In this document: positions 34,002 through 43,715 of the stretch, in pieces
Numbering within the stretch: position 1 is the stretch's first letter
Layout of the letters: each line of letters opens with the position of its first letter
DNA from: Escherichia coli
GTDB taxonomy: Bacteria > Pseudomonadota > Gammaproteobacteria > Enterobacterales > Enterobacteriaceae
Strand: one strand, 5' to 3'
DNA: 64,000 nt
NCBI RefSeq assembly: GCF_003018255.1
Contig: NZ_CP027440.1
Notes under the pieces: generated by a model
What the model was told of the DNA's origin: nothing
Database searches by the model: none
The model's input: the letters and a program-made list of their open reading frames with translations, nothing else
Program-made: the position numbers and the translations under genes

Positions 34002-34268
34002 TCACACCTCCCAGTAAACCGTGCAGCCGCTGATGCGGGTGGCCTTCACACGGCGGCGCAGGCCGTTGGTCTGTATGGTGATTTCAATTTCACCGGTTCC
34101 CTGCACGTTGCCTACCGGCGGCGTGGTTTTCAGTGCAAAACGTTGCGGATAGCGCTTACTGCGTTCCAGTACCGCACCGGCAAGTTCGGTCAGACGGCGC
34201 GCGCTGTTCAGGGAGTCGAATAAATTCATTTTGTTACCGCAGGATTGCATATTCATATAACACCTCAT
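34002..34268 (-). CDS. Hypothetical early protein (start uncertain; possibly at 34229)
   Basis: ORF packed between its neighbours. Confidence 0.4.
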   Translation of the reverse strand: MRCYMNMQSCGNKMNLFDSLNSARRLTELAGAVLERSKRYPQRFALKTTPPVGNVQGTGEIEITIQTNGLRRRVKATRISGCTVYWEV

Positions 34269-34496
34269 TTAGCTGACTTGTTTCGCACCAACAGAACGGC
34301 ATATTCCGCTGTAAACGTCTGTCGCACCTTCGCGATCAAGTCCGGCAGATATCACCATTCGTGTGCGGTCATTAAATTCAAAAAGAAAATCGCCACATTC
34401 TTTATTTTCGGCCAGTGAAATCACCTTCACGTTATCGAAATTAACCAGGTAAAAGCGTCCGTAAATATCAGGAATATTAAATACCGCCATAATCAC
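34269..34496 (-). CDS. Hypothetical early protein, 75 aa, in the position of Mu kil
   Basis: It lies immediately downstream of B and overlaps the B stop by 4 nt. The assignment is by position only. Confidence 0.45.
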   Translation of the reverse strand: MIMAVFNIPDIYGRFYLVNFDNVKVISLAENKECGDFLFEFNDRTRMVISAGLDREGATDVYSGICRSVGAKQVS

Positions 34497-35425
34497 ACCT
34501 GTGAGAGTAATTCAGGGTTGGTATAAACCTCTTTAAAGGCCGCATTAATATGTTTTTCTGTCAGCGCCGCGCCTTCACCGCTGGCGGTGAGCCACGCCTG
34601 GTTAAGCGTATGTGTCAGAACGCGTAACGCTCCCGGCTTTTCAGCGATAGCCTGCATGACGGCCAGCTCGGCCTCACCACTGATCCCCCACGCCCTGGCA
34701 ATGGCCAGCACATCCGCCTTTTTGGCCTTGCGAAGTTGTTTTGTACGGGCAAGACGGCTGAACAGGCGCGATAAATCATCAAAGGCGCGGCGTCCACCTT
34801 TAAACAATCCGCGCGGGTTACCAATAAGCACCATCCCGATCCCCGTGGCGTCCTGAATTGCCCGGAGTTGCTCCAGACCGTCAATACCAAGATGATCCGC
34901 CTCATCCACAATCACCAGTCCACGCGTTCCCATCAGGCGACGGCGGATGGCGCGGGATAATGCCCCTTTGTTCGCGCGGGTGTAATCAATCCCCAGCGCA
35001 TCGGCCAGCTCCAGCAGACACTCCGTGACGCTGGAGTGCGCGGGTGACAGGGTGATCATCCAGGTGTTTGGTTGCTCCTGGCAGTAATTACGGGCAGTGG
35101 CCGTTTTACCCACACCCGGTACGCCCACAATAACGTTAATACAGCCCATCAGACGAACCGCCTGAAACAGTGCGCGCAGCTCCTGGACTGTCTGCGTTTC
35201 CACAAACTGCGGCGGTTCCGGCAGTGCGCTTTGTTTATTCCAGTTCTCATACCAGGAACGCAGGGAAGCAGCCACAGCAGCGTTATCGCCTTTATATTTT
35301 CCCTTACGGAAAGCCGATAATGTGCCGTCGGAAATTCCCGCCTCTCTGGCGATGGCATACTGCGTCAGTACGCCGCCATCAATAAGTTCATCAATGGTCT
35401 TGATTACATCGTTAATATCAGTCAT
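34493..35425 (-). CDS. Transposition ATPase B (MuB-like AAA+)
   Basis: 310 aa with an N-terminal HTH, Walker A GVPGVGKT and Walker B LVIVDEADHL. Confidence 0.9.
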   Translation of the reverse strand: MTDINDVIKTIDELIDGGVLTQYAIAREAGISDGTLSAFRKGKYKGDNAAVAASLRSWYENWNKQSALPEPPQFVETQTVQELRALFQAVRLMGCINVIVGVPGVGKTATARNYCQEQPNTWMITLSPAHSSVTECLLELADALGIDYTRANKGALSRAIRRRLMGTRGLVIVDEADHLGIDGLEQLRAIQDATGIGMVLIGNPRGLFKGGRRAFDDLSRLFSRLARTKQLRKAKKADVLAIARAWGISGEAELAVMQAIAEKPGALRVLTHTLNQAWLTASGEGAALTEKHINAAFKEVYTNPELLSQV

Positions 35426-35496
35426 ATTATTAACCTCTCATTTGATACCTTGTTTAATCAAATAACCTGAGTCGCCGCTCGGGTTATTTTTTTATT

Positions 35497-37587
35497 TCAG
35501 GCCAGCGGGTCATTTTCTTTTAATTTCGCTTCCAGCAACTGCAATCCCCGCTGGAAATTACGCTCGTATTCTTCATCAGGTTCATCGTCAGCGACCGGTT
35601 GCTGAACGGTCACCGTATTACCCACAGGGCGGTATATGTTTTCCAGCCAGGGCTCCTGCGGCTTGTGCTCCAGCACGTTGACAACCTCATCCTCGGCATC
35701 ACGGATTTTTTCCTCTGCGCGTTTACGCATGCCTTTAAGGCGTTGCTGCTGTTTGTAGTATTCCGCGCTAACCGGGAAGGCTTCGCGTTTATTACCGTCC
35801 CATACCGCCTCGCAAATCACGCTGCCATCCAGGCGACGTACGGTAATTCGTTCGGCATCATGAATGTCATAGCTGATAAGCACCTTACGACCATGCTCGT
35901 CACGCAGCTCGGGCGCGTAGTAAATATTATTCAGCCAGCGTATTTCACAGCGTCTTACAGGGCGTTCCACCATCGGCCGGAACATATCCCGCAGCTCAAC
36001 ATCGGACAGCCATTCAATTTCCGTGTCCTCTTCCGCCAGGCGTTTTTTTCTGAACTCCGCCGGGCTGTAATGCTTGCCGTTCGGCTTCACCGGTAATTCA
36101 TCGTGCGGCCGGTTGTTGTACCACTCAACACCGTCACGAATGGCATCAATCAGTTCAGACCAGGACGGTAAATCACGCATCGCTGACTGCTGCCGGGCGT
36201 TCAGCCGTTTGCCCTGTTGCAGGGCAGTAAATGCCGAGCGTAAATCGCGGTTGGTTTTGCGTAACGTCTCGCGATCTGCACCTTTCCCGAAATAGGTGCG
36301 GTATTTACGGGCTATGCGCATCGGTAATGTGCGGTTAAGCCGTTCGATAATGCCTCGTCCCTGCGGATTACCGGCAATCCCGGTCGGGTGATTAATCCCC
36401 AGTCGCGGCAGTATCCCCACAACCTCCTTATCCAGGATGTCGGCGGTTTCCCCGGAGCCGTTATCCGAGTAATACAGAAACGGTTTGCCGTGATGGCGAA
36501 TGCCGTGCTGTATGGCACCGGCTACGGCGAAAACATTTTCAGCCAGGTCAAGGCTCCAGCCCACCACAAAGCGCGTGCCACCGTCGATAACAAAGGTCAC
36601 TTCCGGTGCAAATGGCCGACCGTGAACCGGGTGTGCGCATTTCAGCTTCATGCCGTGACCGTCACCAATCCAGACATAATTCACCGGCATTCTGGACCAG
36701 TCGCGGCGCGTGAATCCCTCAAGCTGGCGGTATTCACTGCCGGTCACCCGGCCTTTTTGTTTCACCACTTCCGGCAGTTTCTTCATTGCGCGGCGAATGG
36801 TGTCATAAGACGGCATGATATCGAGCATATAAGGCTCATCAGCGTGCCGGTGCTGCCATTCAGCGACAAAATCCTCGTAAGCCTCGGTCATTGGTCGGCC
36901 GTTTGACTGGCGATACTGCGCCAGAAATTCGGGCAGCCAGTTAATATCTTCAGCTTTTATTTCCTGGCGCTTACCCGGTGCCAGTAAAAGCAGGCGTTCA
37001 GCGGCGTTCTGCGCCTTGTTAAAGGCCGCAATCCAGCGTTTCAGCGTTATTTCACTCAACGCACGGCTGTTTCCCTTTTTGGCGTTCGCCGTCTCAACCA
37101 TTGCCACAATGCGCTCGTCCAGTTGCGAACGTGCCAGGTTGTCAACGATAAACCGGATAGCTTTCGCACAGCTGAAACCGGGTTGTTGCGCGACTTTCAT
37201 CACTTCGCTGACGATCGCAATTCGTGCATCAGCCACCTGGCGCTGGTTTTCAGTCAGGGCATTAAGGCGTTCAACCATCAGTTGTGGTGATCCGCGATAT
37301 GCCTCCACCGCATCAACCACGGCAGGCGAGCGTCTGGCCTTTGTCACCACCGGAGCCGGTGATTCATCAGCTTTTTGCGTCATCAGTTGAAGGGCATAAC
37401 GTTCACGCAATACTTGTTGCGCGCCAGAAGGCAAACAATCGATATTAAATTCGATTGCTTTTGTCCCCTTACGTTTGCGTAACATGGCTGCATTTCCCGC
37501 AGCTGCTTTTGTGAGTCGATGGCGAATGTTATGTTCCATCATTGGTAAATCAGGAAGACCAACACATTCTTTTGCTGTTACCCACAT
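35497..37587 (-). CDS. DDE transposase A (MuA-like)
   Basis: 696 aa with an N-terminal DNA-binding region, a central rve-like core (WIGDGH...YYSDNGS) and a C-terminal acidic tail. It follows a ner-like gene. Confidence 0.9.
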   Translation of the reverse strand: MWVTAKECVGLPDLPMMEHNIRHRLTKAAAGNAAMLRKRKGTKAIEFNIDCLPSGAQQVLRERYALQLMTQKADESPAPVVTKARRSPAVVDAVEAYRGSPQLMVERLNALTENQRQVADARIAIVSEVMKVAQQPGFSCAKAIRFIVDNLARSQLDERIVAMVETANAKKGNSRALSEITLKRWIAAFNKAQNAAERLLLLAPGKRQEIKAEDINWLPEFLAQYRQSNGRPMTEAYEDFVAEWQHRHADEPYMLDIMPSYDTIRRAMKKLPEVVKQKGRVTGSEYRQLEGFTRRDWSRMPVNYVWIGDGHGMKLKCAHPVHGRPFAPEVTFVIDGGTRFVVGWSLDLAENVFAVAGAIQHGIRHHGKPFLYYSDNGSGETADILDKEVVGILPRLGINHPTGIAGNPQGRGIIERLNRTLPMRIARKYRTYFGKGADRETLRKTNRDLRSAFTALQQGKRLNARQQSAMRDLPSWSELIDAIRDGVEWYNNRPHDELPVKPNGKHYSPAEFRKKRLAEEDTEIEWLSDVELRDMFRPMVERPVRRCEIRWLNNIYYAPELRDEHGRKVLISYDIHDAERITVRRLDGSVICEAVWDGNKREAFPVSAEYYKQQQRLKGMRKRAEEKIRDAEDEVVNVLEHKPQEPWLENIYRPVGNTVTVQQPVADDEPDEEYERNFQRGLQLLEAKLKENDPLA

Positions 37588-37597
37588 ACATCCCCCA

Positions 37598-37864
37598 TCA
37601 AGCCACTTCTCTGGCGTCCACCTGGTATCTGCTGGGCCAGATTACAGCAGGTTCAACCCCTATTTTTTCGGCGATGGCGGCTTCGTATTTACGGCACTGG
37701 CGGTAAAACACATTGCGCATTGATCCGCTTTTTAATCCTAACTCCCTTTCCAGTTCAGGGAGGTCTGTGCCTTTGTTTTCAAGGGCTGCATATACCGCTT
37801 TAGCAGACCAGTCACACCCCTCTCGAACAAACAAATTATTCGATGCTTGTCTGGATACCCTCAT
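37598..37864 (-). CDS. ner: Ner-like early repressor (HTH)
   Basis: 88 aa. The C-terminal PAVIWPSRYQ matches Mu Ner (PEVIWPSRYQ). Confidence 0.8.
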   Translation of the reverse strand: MRVSRQASNNLFVREGCDWSAKAVYAALENKGTDLPELERELGLKSGSMRNVFYRQCRKYEAAIAEKIGVEPAVIWPSRYQVDAREVA

Positions 37865-38020
37865 TGTGTGATCCTCTCATGTTTACCTGAACCGATAATC
37901 AAAACCGGTTATCGATTTAGGTAAATCATAATCGCAAAATAATTCGATATCAACGGTTTTTTGCGAGCATATCGAAATTAAATGCGATGTCGATAATTTC
38001 TTTGTTTTATAGGGGGTTAT
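37865..38020. promoter_or_regulatory. Divergent immunity/operator region between ner and the repressor gene
   Basis: Five or more TCGATA/TATCGA-type hexamers lie at about 37892, 37909, 37943, 37969 and 37989. The region contains the early promoter candidate. Confidence 0.6.
37925..37953 (-). promoter_or_regulatory. Early promoter candidate (Pe)
   Basis: On the minus strand: TTGATA (37953..37948), 17-nt spacer, TATGAT (37930..37925). It lies about 60 nt upstream of the ner start. Confidence 0.55.
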
Positions 38021-38632
38021 ATGGATAAGGCAGAAAAAACCGTATCCAGTGCGGAACGGTTTATTGATATGGAAGGAATAAACCGATTTTCAGAACGCTT
38101 AGCTATGGCTATGGGAAACATGACAAACGTCGAACTGGCGACCCTTTGTGGACTATCTGAAGCCACAGTAAGAAATTACAGGAAGGGGAAAAACTTCCCT
38201 CCTTTGGATAAACTGGCCTTAATAGCTAAAGCCTGTAATTGTTCACTCGAATGGTTGGCCACAGGCAAGAACGAAGATGAATGCGGAAAAATCGAAAACA
38301 ATTGCGATTCAGGTTCGGGTATTGATCAGGCGCTTAGCTCTCTAAGCCCCCAAGAGAAGCAATTAATCCTTACATTCATCAGGCGAGAAGGTACTAATAA
38401 CCTTGTCAGGCTGGCAGCAATGAATACATCTACAATCAGCCAGGATGCGGTAGAAAGCATCATTGATGCCTTGCCATTACGTCCCGTACTAAAAAATGCA
38501 ATAAAGATAGGAATGGCGGGAAGTGAAGAAACAGACAAAGAGATTTTGCGCGTTATTGAGAAGTACAACTCGAGCAATAACGCCACCCAGGAATCAGGGG
38601 CAGTGACAGTAAAGAAAAATGTTGTTGGTTAA
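38021..38632 (+). CDS. Prophage repressor, XRE/Cro-CI-type HTH N-terminus with uncharacterised C-terminal domain
   Basis: 203 aa. The HTH is TNVELATLCGLSEATVRNYRKGKNFP. It is divergent from ner-A-B and occupies the Mu c position. AGGGGG RBS. Confidence 0.75.
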   Translation: MDKAEKTVSSAERFIDMEGINRFSERLAMAMGNMTNVELATLCGLSEATVRNYRKGKNFPPLDKLALIAKACNCSLEWLATGKNEDECGKIENNCDSGSGIDQALSSLSPQEKQLILTFIRREGTNNLVRLAAMNTSTISQDAVESIIDALPLRPVLKNAIKIGMAGSEETDKEILRVIEKYNSSNNATQESGAVTVKKNVVG

Positions 38633-38773
38633 GCGCCATCGCTATCATGAGGTGGTGCTGTAAATACATATAGAGATCATATGACTCATCCCAAGATAAT
38701 CACGCTATTGAATAGTAATTCATGATGATTATCATACTGATTATAGTTAGATCGATTATGTGAGCATTTTGGC

Positions 38774-38809
38774 AGTTTGAAGATGTTTTGAAGATGTTTT
38801 GAAGAAGAT
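38774..38809. repeat. Three tandem ~11-bp repeats (GTTTTGAAGAT)
   Basis: AGTTTGAAGAT GTTTTGAAGAT GTTTTGAAGAAGAT, read directly from the sequence. Confidence 0.8.
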
Positions 38810-38827
38810 TTTAAGGGTAAATTAGCA

Positions 38828-38999
38828 GTATCAAATGTGTCGCCGTTTTTTGATCTTTTGACTATTTGTTGAGCAGTCGGTATCAAAAAGAGTTTTCCGT
38901 CCGAAGTATACATCACCTGTTTTATTTCAGCATCTTACAGGTGATTTCACCTCCTTTCACTAAAACCCTTGTCGGTATCAAATGATTCACCTGGTTACA
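38828..38999. repeat. Prophage left-end terminal region with inverted TTTGATAC motifs (candidate transposase binding sites)
   Basis: GTATCAAA occurs at 38828-38835, 38880-38887 and 38975-38982. The last is 17 nt from the terminal ...GGTTACA. Confidence 0.7.
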
Positions 39000-39311
39000 A
39001 ACGATGGATTGATTGATAACCTGCCACAAGGATGTTGCGTGGAAGTAGCCTGTCTGGTTGATGCTAATGGCATTCAGCCGACCAAAGTCGGTACGTTACC
39101 TTCGCATCTGGCCGCCCTGATGCAAACCAACATCAACGTACAGACGCTGCTGACCGAAGCCATTCTTACGGAAAATCGCGACCGTGTTTACCACGCTGCG
39201 ATGATGGACCCGCATACTGCCGCCGTGCTGGGCATTGATGAAATATATGCTCTTGTTGACGACCTGATTGCCGCCCACGGCGACTGGCTGCCAGGCTGGT
39301 TGCACCGTTAA
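39000..39311 (+). pseudogene. melA: melA downstream part (C-terminal ~103 codons)
   Basis: ...NDGLIDNLPQGCCVEVACLVDANGIQPTKVGTLPSHLAALMQTNINVQTLLTEAILTENRDRVYHAAMMDPHTAAVLGIDEIYALVDDLIAAHGDWLPGWLHR*. The ATG at 38982 in the track lies inside phage DNA. Confidence 0.85.
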
Positions 39312-39958
39312 GGGGTAATCGCTTCCGGCGCTCTGGTGATTAAGCCAAAGCGCCGTAGCTGGCGGCAATGAAAGCGAGCGAGGAATATCACCGTCGTTAA
39401 TGCGCCAAGCAGCGCGCAGAACATATCGGATTGCGTGTCCCACTGGTCGCCCTGGGTGCCGAGAAAATCATCCGCTCCCTGACCCATTGCCAGCGCCGCC
39501 CACCACTCGATTAATTCATACATCGCGCTTATCGCCAGCGCCACGCAGCAGACCAGAAACGCCACCATCTTATGTCCGTGAACGTACATCCCGCGCACAA
39601 GGATCTCTCGTGCCACCAGTGCAGGCACCAGCCCCTGGAAAAAATGTCCCAGTTTGTCATACGGATTACGGCTCAACCCCAGCCATTCCTGCACCTCAAA
39701 ACCAACGGGGACTTTCGCGTAGGTGTATTGTCCGCCGACCATCAGGATGATGGCGTGAAAGAAAATGAGCGTATAGAGCAGCGGCGTTAACGGATAACGT
39801 TTAGCGGTGGCAAGCAGTAGCGGCACGACAATAATCACCGGTGTCACTTCCATCAGCCAGGTGAGTTTGTCATTGGCCGAAATGCCGGTATAAATCAGGA
39901 TTAACGTTAGCGCCAGTGCGCCGGTGTTAAGAATTAACGGCTTGAGTGTGCGGGTCAT
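39308..39958 (-). CDS. yjdF: YjdF inner membrane protein (DUF2238)
   Basis: 216-aa multi-TM ORF recognised as YjdF. Its stop overlaps the melA stop tail-to-tail, so the C-terminal residues may be altered by a deletion junction. Confidence 0.75.
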   Translation of the reverse strand: MTRTLKPLILNTGALALTLILIYTGISANDKLTWLMEVTPVIIVVPLLLATAKRYPLTPLLYTLIFFHAIILMVGGQYTYAKVPVGFEVQEWLGLSRNPYDKLGHFFQGLVPALVAREILVRGMYVHGHKMVAFLVCCVALAISAMYELIEWWAALAMGQGADDFLGTQGDQWDTQSDMFCALLGALTTVIFLARFHCRQLRRFGLITRAPEAITP

Positions 39959-40080
39959 GGTGAGTTCGCAAGTCAGGGAAAATACTGACTATTGACCAGT
40001 AAGCGTGAAATTACAATCGCAAAAGAGGTGGCCCAGGGGGATCACCTGGCAGCATGCTGCCAGGCGCTGGGCCGAAGAGG

Positions 40081-41727
40081 TTACTTAGTGCAGTTCGCGC
40101 ACTGTTTGTTGACGATTTGCTGGAAGAAGTCGTTACCTTTGTCATCGACCAGGATAAACGCCGGGAAATCTTCTACTTCGATTTTCCAGATAGCTTCCAT
40201 ACCCAGCTCCGGATAAGCGACGCATTCCAGATGCTTGATGCTCTGCTGCGCCAGTACCGCCGCCGGACCGCCGATACTACCGAGGTAGAAGCCGCCATGT
40301 TTATGACACGCGTCGGTAACCTGCTGACTGCGGTTACCTTTCGCCAGCATGATCATGCTGCCGCCGTGGGATTGCAGCAGATCCACGTAGGAGTCCATAC
40401 GACCTGCGGTGGTTGGGCCAAGTGAACCTGATGGATAACCGGCAGGGGTTTTCGCCGGACCCGCGTAGTAGATCGGGTGATCTTTGATGTACTGCGGCAG
40501 TTCTTTACCGGCGTCAATCAGCTCTTTCAGCTTGGCGTGTGCAATATCTCGGCCCACGATAATGGTGCCGGTGAGCGACAAACGAGTGGAAACCGGATAT
40601 TGCGAAAGCTGGGCGAGGATCTCTTTCATCGGGCGGTTAAGGTCGACCTTCACCGCTTCGCCTTCACCGGCCTGGCGCAGTTCTTGTGGAATGTACTGGC
40701 CTGGATTGCGTTCCAGCTTTTCGATCCAGATACCTTCGCGGTTGATTTTCGCTTTAATGTTACGGTCAGCGGAGCAGGAGACGCCCATGCCTACCGGGCA
40801 GGATGCACCGTGACGCGGCAGACGGATAACGCGAATATCGTGCGCGAAGTATTTACCACCAAACTGCGCGCCAAGACCGAGTTTCTGGGCCTCTTCCAGC
40901 AGTTCCTGTTCCAGCTGGACATCGCGGAACGCCTGACCATGTTCGTTCCCTTCCGTCGGCAGTTCATCGTAATAGTGGGCGCTTGCTAACTTGACGGTTT
41001 TCAGGTTGGTTTCCGCAGACGTACCGCCAATCACAAACGCGATATGGTACGGCGGGCAAGCTGCCGTACCGAGGGTACGCATTTTCTCGACGAGGAAGTT
41101 TTTCAGTTTGCCGGGCGTCAGCAGGGCTTTGGTTTCCTGGTAGAGATACGTTTTGTTGGCAGAGCCGCCGCCTTTCGCAACGCAAAGGAATTTGTACTCA
41201 TCGCCATCTACCGCGTACAGGTCGATTTGCGCAGGCAGGTTCGTGCCGGTGTTGACCTCTTTATACATGTCCAGCGGCGCGTTCTGTGAATAGCGCAGGT
41301 TATCTTCGATATAGGTGTTATAGACACCTTTCGACAGTGCTTCTTCATCACCGCCACCGGTCCACACGCGCTGGCCTTTTTTACCGACGATGATCGCGGT
41401 GCCGGTATCCTGGCAGGTCGGCAGCACGCCTTTGGCGGCGATTTCGGAGTTTCTTAAGAATTGCAGCGCCACGTACTTGTCGTTTTCGCTGGCTTCTGGA
41501 TCGTGAAGAATAGCCGCAACCTGTTTCTGGTGTGCTGGGCGGAGCATGAAAGAAGCGTCGTGAAAGGCTTGCTGCGCCAGCAGGGTCAGGGCTTCTGGTT
41601 CCACTTTCAGGATGGTTTCGCCGTCGAAGTCGGCAACGCTAACGTAATCGGAAGTGAGTAGATAGTATTCGGTATTGTCTTTCCCCATCGGGAAAGGTGC
41701 CTGGTAGATAAAGGGTTTGTTTGACAT
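40081..41727 (-). CDS. fumB: Class I fumarate hydratase (anaerobic)
   Basis: 548 aa, [31 protein letters not shown]..., upstream of dcuB as in E. coli. Confidence 0.95.
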   Translation of the reverse strand: MSNKPFIYQAPFPMGKDNTEYYLLTSDYVSVADFDGETILKVEPEALTLLAQQAFHDASFMLRPAHQKQVAAILHDPEASENDKYVALQFLRNSEIAAKGVLPTCQDTGTAIIVGKKGQRVWTGGGDEEALSKGVYNTYIEDNLRYSQNAPLDMYKEVNTGTNLPAQIDLYAVDGDEYKFLCVAKGGGSANKTYLYQETKALLTPGKLKNFLVEKMRTLGTAACPPYHIAFVIGGTSAETNLKTVKLASAHYYDELPTEGNEHGQAFRDVQLEQELLEEAQKLGLGAQFGGKYFAHDIRVIRLPRHGASCPVGMGVSCSADRNIKAKINREGIWIEKLERNPGQYIPQELRQAGEGEAVKVDLNRPMKEILAQLSQYPVSTRLSLTGTIIVGRDIAHAKLKELIDAGKELPQYIKDHPIYYAGPAKTPAGYPSGSLGPTTAGRMDSYVDLLQSHGGSMIMLAKGNRSQQVTDACHKHGGFYLGSIGGPAAVLAQQSIKHLECVAYPELGMEAIWKIEVEDFPAFILVDDKGNDFFQQIVNKQCANCTK

Positions 41728-41804
41728 AGCTTCCAGCCTGTAACTCTGTATTTGTTATTCGAAAATGGCGTGCCGCGTAGTCACGGGCGGCACGCAAAGT
41801 GCAT

Positions 41805-43145
41805 TTATAAGAACCCGTACATCGCGGCGAAGATCCAGCCGAAGACGCACGATACGCTCACACCAATCAACCCCGGCAGAATAAAGCTGTGGTTGATGAC
41901 GAAGCGACCGATGTGGGTGGTGCCGGAACGGTCAAACTGAATCGCTGCCAGATCGCTCGGATAAGTCGGCAGGATGTAATAACCGTAGCAAGCCGGTGCT
42001 GAAGCCACGATGTATGCCGGATCAACGCCGATCGCCAGCGCGACCGGAACAATCGCCGCCAGCGCCGCAGCCTGAGAGTTTACAAACTTGGAAACCAGCA
42101 GCAGAACAATGGCATAGGCCCACGGATACTCTTTCACCATTTCGCCCAGTACGCCCTGAATTTCAGACATATGCGCACCGAACATGGTTTCAGCCATCCA
42201 TGCGATACCGTACACCGCCACGATGGCGATCATACCGGAACGGAAGACTTCGTTTTTTGAGATAGACGCGGGATTGGTTTTGGTCAGGATAATAATCAGC
42301 GCCCCGGTCAGCAGCATAAACATCTGAATAACCAGTACCATCGACAGCGGTTTGCCACCGAAGGATGGACGCAGGTCCGAATCAGCACCAAGAAGTGCGA
42401 CTACAGCGATTGCCCCGAGGAAGATCCACATTGCAAGCCAGTTGCTTTTCGGCAGTTTTTTATCGAGCAGCGTCGCGGTATCACCGTAAACATACTCACG
42501 GTTTTCCGGTATGGAGATGAATTTCTGGAACTCTTCGTCTTTATCCAGATCTTTACCGCGGAACCAGCTGAAGATACCGATCGCCAGGATACCGATTAAC
42601 GTCGATGGAATGGTGATTGCCAGCAGGTCGAGGAACTCAAGATGGCGACCATCAAAGGTGACATTACCCAGCATCGCAACCAGAGACACGACTGCAACCG
42701 ACACCGGACTGGCGATAATCCCCATCTGTGCACCGATAGAACTTGCCGCCATCGGGCGTTCCGGACGGATGTTGTTCTTAATGGCGACGTCGTAGATGAT
42801 CGGCAGAATGGTGTAAACCACATGACCCGTACCGCAAAGAATGGTCAGCGTACAGGTCACAAACGGCGCGACAATTGAGACATATTTCGGGTTGCGGCGC
42901 AGCAGCTTCTCGGCAATTTGCAGCATGACATCAAGACCGCCCGAAGCTTGCAAGGTCGCCGATGCTGCCACCACCGCAATGATAACCAGCATGACATCAA
43001 CCGGTGGTTTACCTGGCTGAAGGTGGAAGACGAAGACCAGAATGACCAGACCGATACCGCCTAATAAACCCAGCGCGATACCACCCTTTCTGGCACCATA
43101 AAACAGACATATCAGTATTATGATAAGTTGGATAGTAAATAACAT
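41805..43145 (-). CDS. dcuB: Anaerobic C4-dicarboxylate transporter
   Basis: 446 aa polytopic membrane protein in K-12 synteny. Confidence 0.95.
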   Translation of the reverse strand: MLFTIQLIIILICLFYGARKGGIALGLLGGIGLVILVFVFHLQPGKPPVDVMLVIIAVVAASATLQASGGLDVMLQIAEKLLRRNPKYVSIVAPFVTCTLTILCGTGHVVYTILPIIYDVAIKNNIRPERPMAASSIGAQMGIIASPVSVAVVSLVAMLGNVTFDGRHLEFLDLLAITIPSTLIGILAIGIFSWFRGKDLDKDEEFQKFISIPENREYVYGDTATLLDKKLPKSNWLAMWIFLGAIAVVALLGADSDLRPSFGGKPLSMVLVIQMFMLLTGALIIILTKTNPASISKNEVFRSGMIAIVAVYGIAWMAETMFGAHMSEIQGVLGEMVKEYPWAYAIVLLLVSKFVNSQAAALAAIVPVALAIGVDPAYIVASAPACYGYYILPTYPSDLAAIQFDRSGTTHIGRFVINHSFILPGLIGVSVSCVFGWIFAAMYGFL

Positions 43146-43715
43146 GTGTGAACCCTCGCGATAATCCTATTTAAATTTTTGCTGAATAGATCACAGTCAC
43201 GTTCTGTTTTGTATGAACTGTTTTCAGAGCCTGACTAAATATCCGTTTGGTCGTTACCGGCTTGAGCAAATACCTCACAGTGAATATTGGCTGATTAAAG
43301 CAGCGGCAAATTTATGCACTGTGATAAGCGGCTTTTTCAGAGAGAAAAACTCTCTGGCGATGGGTTTATAGTTTGTACTGCGCAGATGTTAATGTTTTGT
43401 TTGCTGTTATCTTATTGATATTTATCGGTCTATTTTTTGTTCTCAGGGCAGATATCATTAGGTTTATAGATTAATCTGATCTACCCATTTGTGGGTAAAA
43501 ATACACATAATACGGGTGACATAATAGTTAATTAACTTTTGTTAGCGTTTTGAAATTAAAAACACCGTTCACCTGAAGAGATATTAATTTTTAGCGATGA
43601 TGGAGGGATAATTATATTTGATCTGGCACAAGTTTTACTGATGAAGGATGTAACTTGTGCCAGGGGTATTTTGCATTACAGTAATAATTATTACTTACAG
43701 ATAACCAGCGATCCG

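Larger units (their letters stand above)
160..38999 (-). mobile_element. Mu-like transposable prophage (~38.8 kb), apparently complete; repressor (left) end at high coordinates, mom (right) end at low coordinates
   Basis: Mu gene order on the minus strand (c/ner/A/B ... gam ... gemA/mor/lys ... terminase/portal/F/G/I/T ... sheath/tube/tape measure/N/P/baseplate ... S/U/gin/com/mom). It is flanked by the two halves of melA and an AACG direct repeat. Both termini carry TTTGATACCGA starting 18 nt from the end. Confidence 0.9.

Noticed and set aside
38774-38809. CRISPR array, DGR or retron signatures anywhere in the window
   Set aside because: The only tandem repeats are three 11-bp units without spacers. 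I saw no repeat-spacer periodicity, no reverse transcriptase, and no template/variable repeat pair apart from the gin-type inverted repeats.
38686-38916. 76-aa minus-strand ORF between the repressor gene and the prophage left end
   Set aside because: It spans the tandem 11-bp repeats and two transposase-site motifs. It is AT-rich with a low-complexity translation and no RBS. The region is more likely cis-acting end DNA.
38982-39311. 109-aa ORF starting at ATG 38982
   Set aside because: The first six codons are prophage end DNA fused to the melA 3' fragment. It is a chimeric by-product of the insertion, annotated instead as the melA pseudogene remnant.
43405-43425. FNR half-site-like TTGATATTTATCGG upstream of dcuB
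   Set aside because: Only one good half-site is present, and its distance (~265 nt) from the dcuB start is not verifiable without mapped promoters. It is not reported as a feature.
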